Below, piece by piece: positions 42,619-46,115 of a DNA stretch of 46,115 bases. A program made the position numbers and the translations under genes. Under the pieces are notes generated by a model. The model worked only from the letters and a program-made list of their open reading frames with translations. It made no database searches and was not told the origin of the DNA. The stretch comes from a virus, in the UHGV virus genome UHGV-1356891; one strand, 5' to 3'. The stretch's first letter is position 1. Every line of letters begins with the position of its first letter.

Positions 42619-43023
42619 ATGGCAGAATGTATACTATATAACGGAGGCATGTTTAATAATGACTATCTTACTGCAAAACCAGAAGATGTCAGGTATGGAG
42701 AAACGTTTATTGGTGCAGGAACAGAAAATGCACAAGAGGGAACTATGCCAACTTATTATAATGTGGAACATGATTTCCCGATTAATGGAAAATTTTATAT
42801 CCCAGAAGGATATTTTGTTTCAATAACATTAAAACAGGATATCCCAACGCTAGGGGCGCAATACGTTGACCCTTCTATCAATGGAACAACCGCCGGGGTC
42901 AAAGGAACCTATATGACTGGAAATACCTTTATAGGTGGCATATCGGGAATTTCAAGTGCTGTAATAAAAAAGGGAGTTAAAATAGGTCCATATATTGGGA
43001 CGTTTGAGGGATGGGTTGATTAA
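42619..43023 (+). CDS. Receptor-binding / tail fiber module (short paralog)
   Basis: Shares the DIPTLGAQYV / NIPTLGNQYV segment and overall N-terminal layout with the next gene. Confidence 0.4.
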   Translation: MAECILYNGGMFNNDYLTAKPEDVRYGETFIGAGTENAQEGTMPTYYNVEHDFPINGKFYIPEGYFVSITLKQDIPTLGAQYVDPSINGTTAGVKGTYMTGNTFIGGISGISSAVIKKGVKIGPYIGTFEGWVD

Positions 43024-43960
43024 AATGGCTGATTGCATAATTAAAAAAAATGGAGCTAATGCAGATACAAGTGATTTAACTGCTCTTCCATCGAGCGTAA
43101 AAAAAGGAAAAATATTTTTAGGTCGTGGAAGTGATAATGAACAAATTGGAAAAATGCCAATTATACAACCTGAAAGGTATGAATTGCAATTAAATCAGAC
43201 GCTATCTTTGGGAGAAGGATTTTATGAAGCAGGTAGTACTGTAACACAAAACATACCGACATTAGGCAATCAATATGTTGTTCCGAGCGCAGATTTACAA
43301 ACAATAGAAACAGCTGGTAAATATATGGAAGGTGATGTTTTTGTAGAAAGTCTCCCGAATCTTATTGCATCGAATATTAAAAAAGATGTTGTTATTAGAG
43401 TAGGGGATACAACTATTGTAGGAACTTACGAAGGATACGAAAATGATGACCCGTATACGCCGTATTATAATGGCGTGTTTGGTCCAGGCCAATCAATAAG
43501 CTCGTTCCCATCTTTTGGGCGTAAAGGTGGACCTTACTATAAAGGAGACGTGACATTTGGGCGAGATAACATCCATATTGAAAATCCTCTTAGCACAGAT
43601 TATGTAACAACGGCAATTGTATTTAATGTTCCTCTCAATTTTGATAATATCAATCGAATAACGCTGAAATATTCTCTCGCCAATGCTTCTGGAGGATGTG
43701 AAATGGTTCTAGCTACTGGATATGTCAGTGATTATATATATATGCGAGATTCCAGTGGCTCCGGTAAAGATTATAACTCTGGGCTAGGTGATTATTGGAG
43801 ACGAGAGATACCAAATACATCAGGAAATTTAAAAACGAATAATTTTGATGTGTCCAATATTACTGGAACACGATTTATATACATATCACTTTTTATGCGC
43901 ACTACAGCAAGCACATCAGTTGTTAATATGACATTACGTGAATTAAAATGTACTATGTAA
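42995..43960 (+). CDS. Receptor-binding / tail fiber protein (long paralog)
   Basis: 321 aa. Shares an N-terminal module with the 42619 gene. Confidence 0.4.
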   Translation: MGRLRDGLIKMADCIIKKNGANADTSDLTALPSSVKKGKIFLGRGSDNEQIGKMPIIQPERYELQLNQTLSLGEGFYEAGSTVTQNIPTLGNQYVVPSADLQTIETAGKYMEGDVFVESLPNLIASNIKKDVVIRVGDTTIVGTYEGYENDDPYTPYYNGVFGPGQSISSFPSFGRKGGPYYKGDVTFGRDNIHIENPLSTDYVTTAIVFNVPLNFDNINRITLKYSLANASGGCEMVLATGYVSDYIYMRDSSGSGKDYNSGLGDYWRREIPNTSGNLKTNNFDVSNITGTRFIYISLFMRTTASTSVVNMTLRELKCTM

Positions 43961-43972
43961 CAGGAGGCATAC

Positions 43973-44521
43973 ATGGCAATCAAAAATTTAGAAAAAATGG
44001 ATATCTATAATCCAACTAATTATGTAAATAATTCTGAACCAGATATTGATGCTGATAATCTGAATAAAACCGAAAATAAACTTGAAGAAACGGTTGCAAA
44101 AGCCAATGAAATCATTGATGCTTTAAAAACATTAATTTCAACCGTTCAAACAAATTCGGACAACACTGTTCCGTCATCCTCGTTGGCCTATGTAATGCAG
44201 CAAGCAATCACAAAAAACAAAGAGGATATTGCTACTGCAAATAGCAATTTAGCATCTAAAATAGCTGTGGTGACTTATTCAAAAGCCGGTATACCCATTG
44301 CTGCCGGAGACGATTTTTTTGCTAACATACCTGTAGATATTGACACATCTGCATATAGATGGGTATTCCCCATATTATCTGATGTATCAGGGGATAACAG
44401 TACCAAAATAAACATAAGCAATTGTATATGGCAAAATACACAGGTACATATTAAAGGCAATAATCAAGCAGTCGGTGCAGCAAACATAAGCCTTGCGGGT
44501 GTTGTAGTTGCTATCAAATAA
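43973..44521 (+). CDS. Tail-associated coiled-coil protein
   Basis: Position only. Confidence 0.3.
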   Translation: MAIKNLEKMDIYNPTNYVNNSEPDIDADNLNKTENKLEETVAKANEIIDALKTLISTVQTNSDNTVPSSSLAYVMQQAITKNKEDIATANSNLASKIAVVTYSKAGIPIAAGDDFFANIPVDIDTSAYRWVFPILSDVSGDNSTKINISNCIWQNTQVHIKGNNQAVGAANISLAGVVVAIK

Positions 44522-44685
44522 TCATTTTGAATAAGCATACCAACCTTGTATTTTAGACACTATTGTATCTCCCACATAAAAATACATGGTATCACCAGAC
44601 CATTTAACAGATATGTCTTGTGTGCCAGTAGGAATGTCAATTGTTGGGGTATATGTGACCGTAGCTTTATTCTTTAAATGCTAAT

Positions 44686-45135
44686 TTGCTATATAAAAAC
44701 CATATCCACGAAAGGAGTCAAATGAACCAATTAAAATTATCAAACAACACAAAATACGACTTAATAACAAACGGGGTGGAAGAATCAGGCAAATACCTAA
44801 CCCTGTCGTTTCTTCCCGTCCTAGATAGTTTTGAAACGGTAGAATCCGAATTTAATCCGACAAATACAGAAAAAATTTACATACTTGGTTTGGACGGTCA
44901 GCCGATGGAAGTAAAAACCGGATTTACTCAGCTGGTTGAGATGCGCAAGAAAATGGATTATGTCATTTCATCTGAAACAGTAAATACCGGAACCGAGGAA
45001 GAGCCGAATTATGAAACCAATGAAGTGAAGGATAGCATTATGGTTGTTAAACTTCGTAGGCCAGATATCCGGGATACAGTGCGGACATTGCAAGATACAG
45101 TGGATGCAATAATTTTAAATCAGCTGGAGGTGTAA
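44686..45135 (+). CDS. Hypothetical protein preceding XkdX
   Basis: Position only. Confidence 0.3.
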   Translation: MLYKNHIHERSQMNQLKLSNNTKYDLITNGVEESGKYLTLSFLPVLDSFETVESEFNPTNTEKIYILGLDGQPMEVKTGFTQLVEMRKKMDYVISSETVNTGTEEEPNYETNEVKDSIMVVKLRRPDIRDTVRTLQDTVDAIILNQLEV

Positions 45136-45136
45136 C

Positions 45137-45262
45137 ATGTATACAACGTTAAAAAGGTTATATAACAATGGAAAAGGGCCATTAACCGTTGATGAGCTTA
45201 ACCGGGCTGTATTACTTGGATGGATTACAGAGCAGCAGAAAAACAGTATAATTGGAGGATGA
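45137..45262 (+). CDS. xkdX: XkdX-family small phage protein (41 aa)
   Basis: Hand-translated MYTTLKRLYNNGKGPLTVDELNRAVLLGWITEQQKNSIIGG. LGWITEEQ is the XkdX signature. RBS GGAGGTGTAACATG. Confidence 0.6.
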   Translation: MYTTLKRLYNNGKGPLTVDELNRAVLLGWITEQQKNSIIGG

Positions 45263-46005
45263 TTATGAGAGATATCACATTGTGTCATCCACGCTTACAG
45301 CTTTTAGCAGGTCAGTTAGTGGATGAATGTAATAAACAGGGATTAAAAATTAAGATAGGCGAAACATTGCGAACTGTGGCAGAACAGGATGCGTTATATG
45401 CTCAGGGCAGGACTAAACCGGGGAACATTGTAACTAATGCTCCAGGCAGTAGCTACAGCTCATATCATCAGTGGGGTACTGCCTTTGATATCTTCCGCAA
45501 TGACGGAGCTGGAGCTTATAATGAAATTGGTGGATTTTTTAACCGTGTAGGTGCTATCGGTGTATCTTTGGGACTTGAATGGGGTGGAAATTGGAAGTCT
45601 CCTGTGGACAAGCCACATTTCCAATTGCCGGATTGGGGAAGTAGCACATCTGGAATCAAGAAACTATATCGCACCCCGGATGAATTTATGAAAACCTGGG
45701 TGACAGAGGGACGCACTGGCTGGATTAAGGATAATAACGGCTGGTGGTACCGCAGACCAGATGGAACTTACCCGGCTAATAAGTGGTGTGTCATAAATCA
45801 CCATTGGTATCTGTTTAACAAAGACGGATATGCTTGCACCAGCTGGCACCGCTGGAATGGAAGTGCATGTGACCCGGATGATGGTTCGGGGGATTGGTAT
45901 TACTTTGACCCTACACCAAACGGTCCATTGGAGGGGGCGTGCTGGCATAGCCAGGACAATGGGGCACTGGATGTCTGGTACATAGAGGATTCTAATTCAA
46001 TATAA
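45220..46005 (+). CDS. Endolysin: peptidase M15 (VanY/L-alanyl-D-glutamate peptidase-like) catalytic domain plus C-terminal cell-wall-binding repeats
   Basis: SYHQWGTAFDI (HxxGxAxD) and DKPHFQ Zn-ligand motifs. C-terminal GWIKDNNGWWYRRPDG...NHHWYLFNKDGY choline/cell-wall-binding-type repeats. Likely true start at the ATG at 45259 or 45265, after GGAGG. Confidence 0.8.
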   Translation: MDYRAAEKQYNWRMIMRDITLCHPRLQLLAGQLVDECNKQGLKIKIGETLRTVAEQDALYAQGRTKPGNIVTNAPGSSYSSYHQWGTAFDIFRNDGAGAYNEIGGFFNRVGAIGVSLGLEWGGNWKSPVDKPHFQLPDWGSSTSGIKKLYRTPDEFMKTWVTEGRTGWIKDNNGWWYRRPDGTYPANKWCVINHHWYLFNKDGYACTSWHRWNGSACDPDDGSGDWYYFDPTPNGPLEGACWHSQDNGALDVWYIEDSNSI

Positions 46006-46060
46006 AAGCGCCAGAACTTGACTCTGACGCTTATATAAATAAAGTACCATCTTCGGAAAT

Positions 46061-46083
46061 ATGCAACACGAAATGCAACACGG
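46061..46083. repeat. attR: attR core, the right copy of the flanking direct repeat (ATGCAACACGAAATGCAACACGG)
   Basis: Matches 142-162 apart from an AA insertion. Lies immediately downstream of the endolysin, the last phage gene. Confidence 0.65.
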
Positions 46084-46115
46084 AGCCTACAAACCGCATA
46101 AAACCGTTGTATTTT

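Noticed and set aside
1-46115. CRISPR array or other cas genes accompanying the Cas6-like gene
   Set aside because: No array of regularly spaced direct repeats of CRISPR size was seen anywhere in the window on either strand. The only structured repeats near the gene are inverted, not tandem direct.

Overview
This window is almost entirely one integrated temperate phage of about 46 kb in a low-GC Firmicutes (Clostridia/Bacilli-like) host. Evidence for host type is GGAGG-type ribosome-binding sites, AT-rich sequence, and frequent TTG/GTG starts. The prophage is bounded by imperfect direct repeats at 142-162 (attL) and 46061-46083 (attR). Gene order is classic for a siphovirus-like prophage. Going left to right: a tyrosine integrase on the minus strand, an ImmA peptidase plus XRE repressor facing a Cro-like gene, an early/replication region, packaging, head, tail and lysis genes. 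The early/replication region holds a Rad52/Sak-like annealing protein, a DnaD-like replisome organizer carrying internal iterons, and many very small Zn-ribbon ORFs. Packaging genes are TerS, TerL and an HNH-AP2 homing endonuclease. Head genes are portal, a Mu-F-like minor head protein, scaffold and major capsid. Tail genes include a major tail protein, two chaperones, an 818-aa tape measure, Dit/Tal-like proteins and duplicated receptor-binding proteins. Lysis genes are XkdX plus an M15 peptidase endolysin with cell-wall-binding repeats. A roughly 7.5-kb insertion splits the head module; it carries an Arc/Ant (immI-like) antirepressor unit, a type-I-toxin-like peptide, a cargo cluster of low-complexity/exosporium-like proteins, a minus-strand HNH/XRE unit, and two tRNAs. 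Loci worth a second look are listed in the findings, led by a stand-alone Cas6/RAMP-like protein next to structured DNA. Other notable loci are a C5-cytosine-methyltransferase-like protein lacking the AdoMet glycine loop, a frameshifted second tyrosine recombinase with a lox-like inverted repeat, duplicated leader/uORF elements in front of two Cys-rich KTR paralogs, and a Ser-like type-II tRNA with an apparent UUG anticodon. All functional calls come from motif recognition by eye. No database search was possible.
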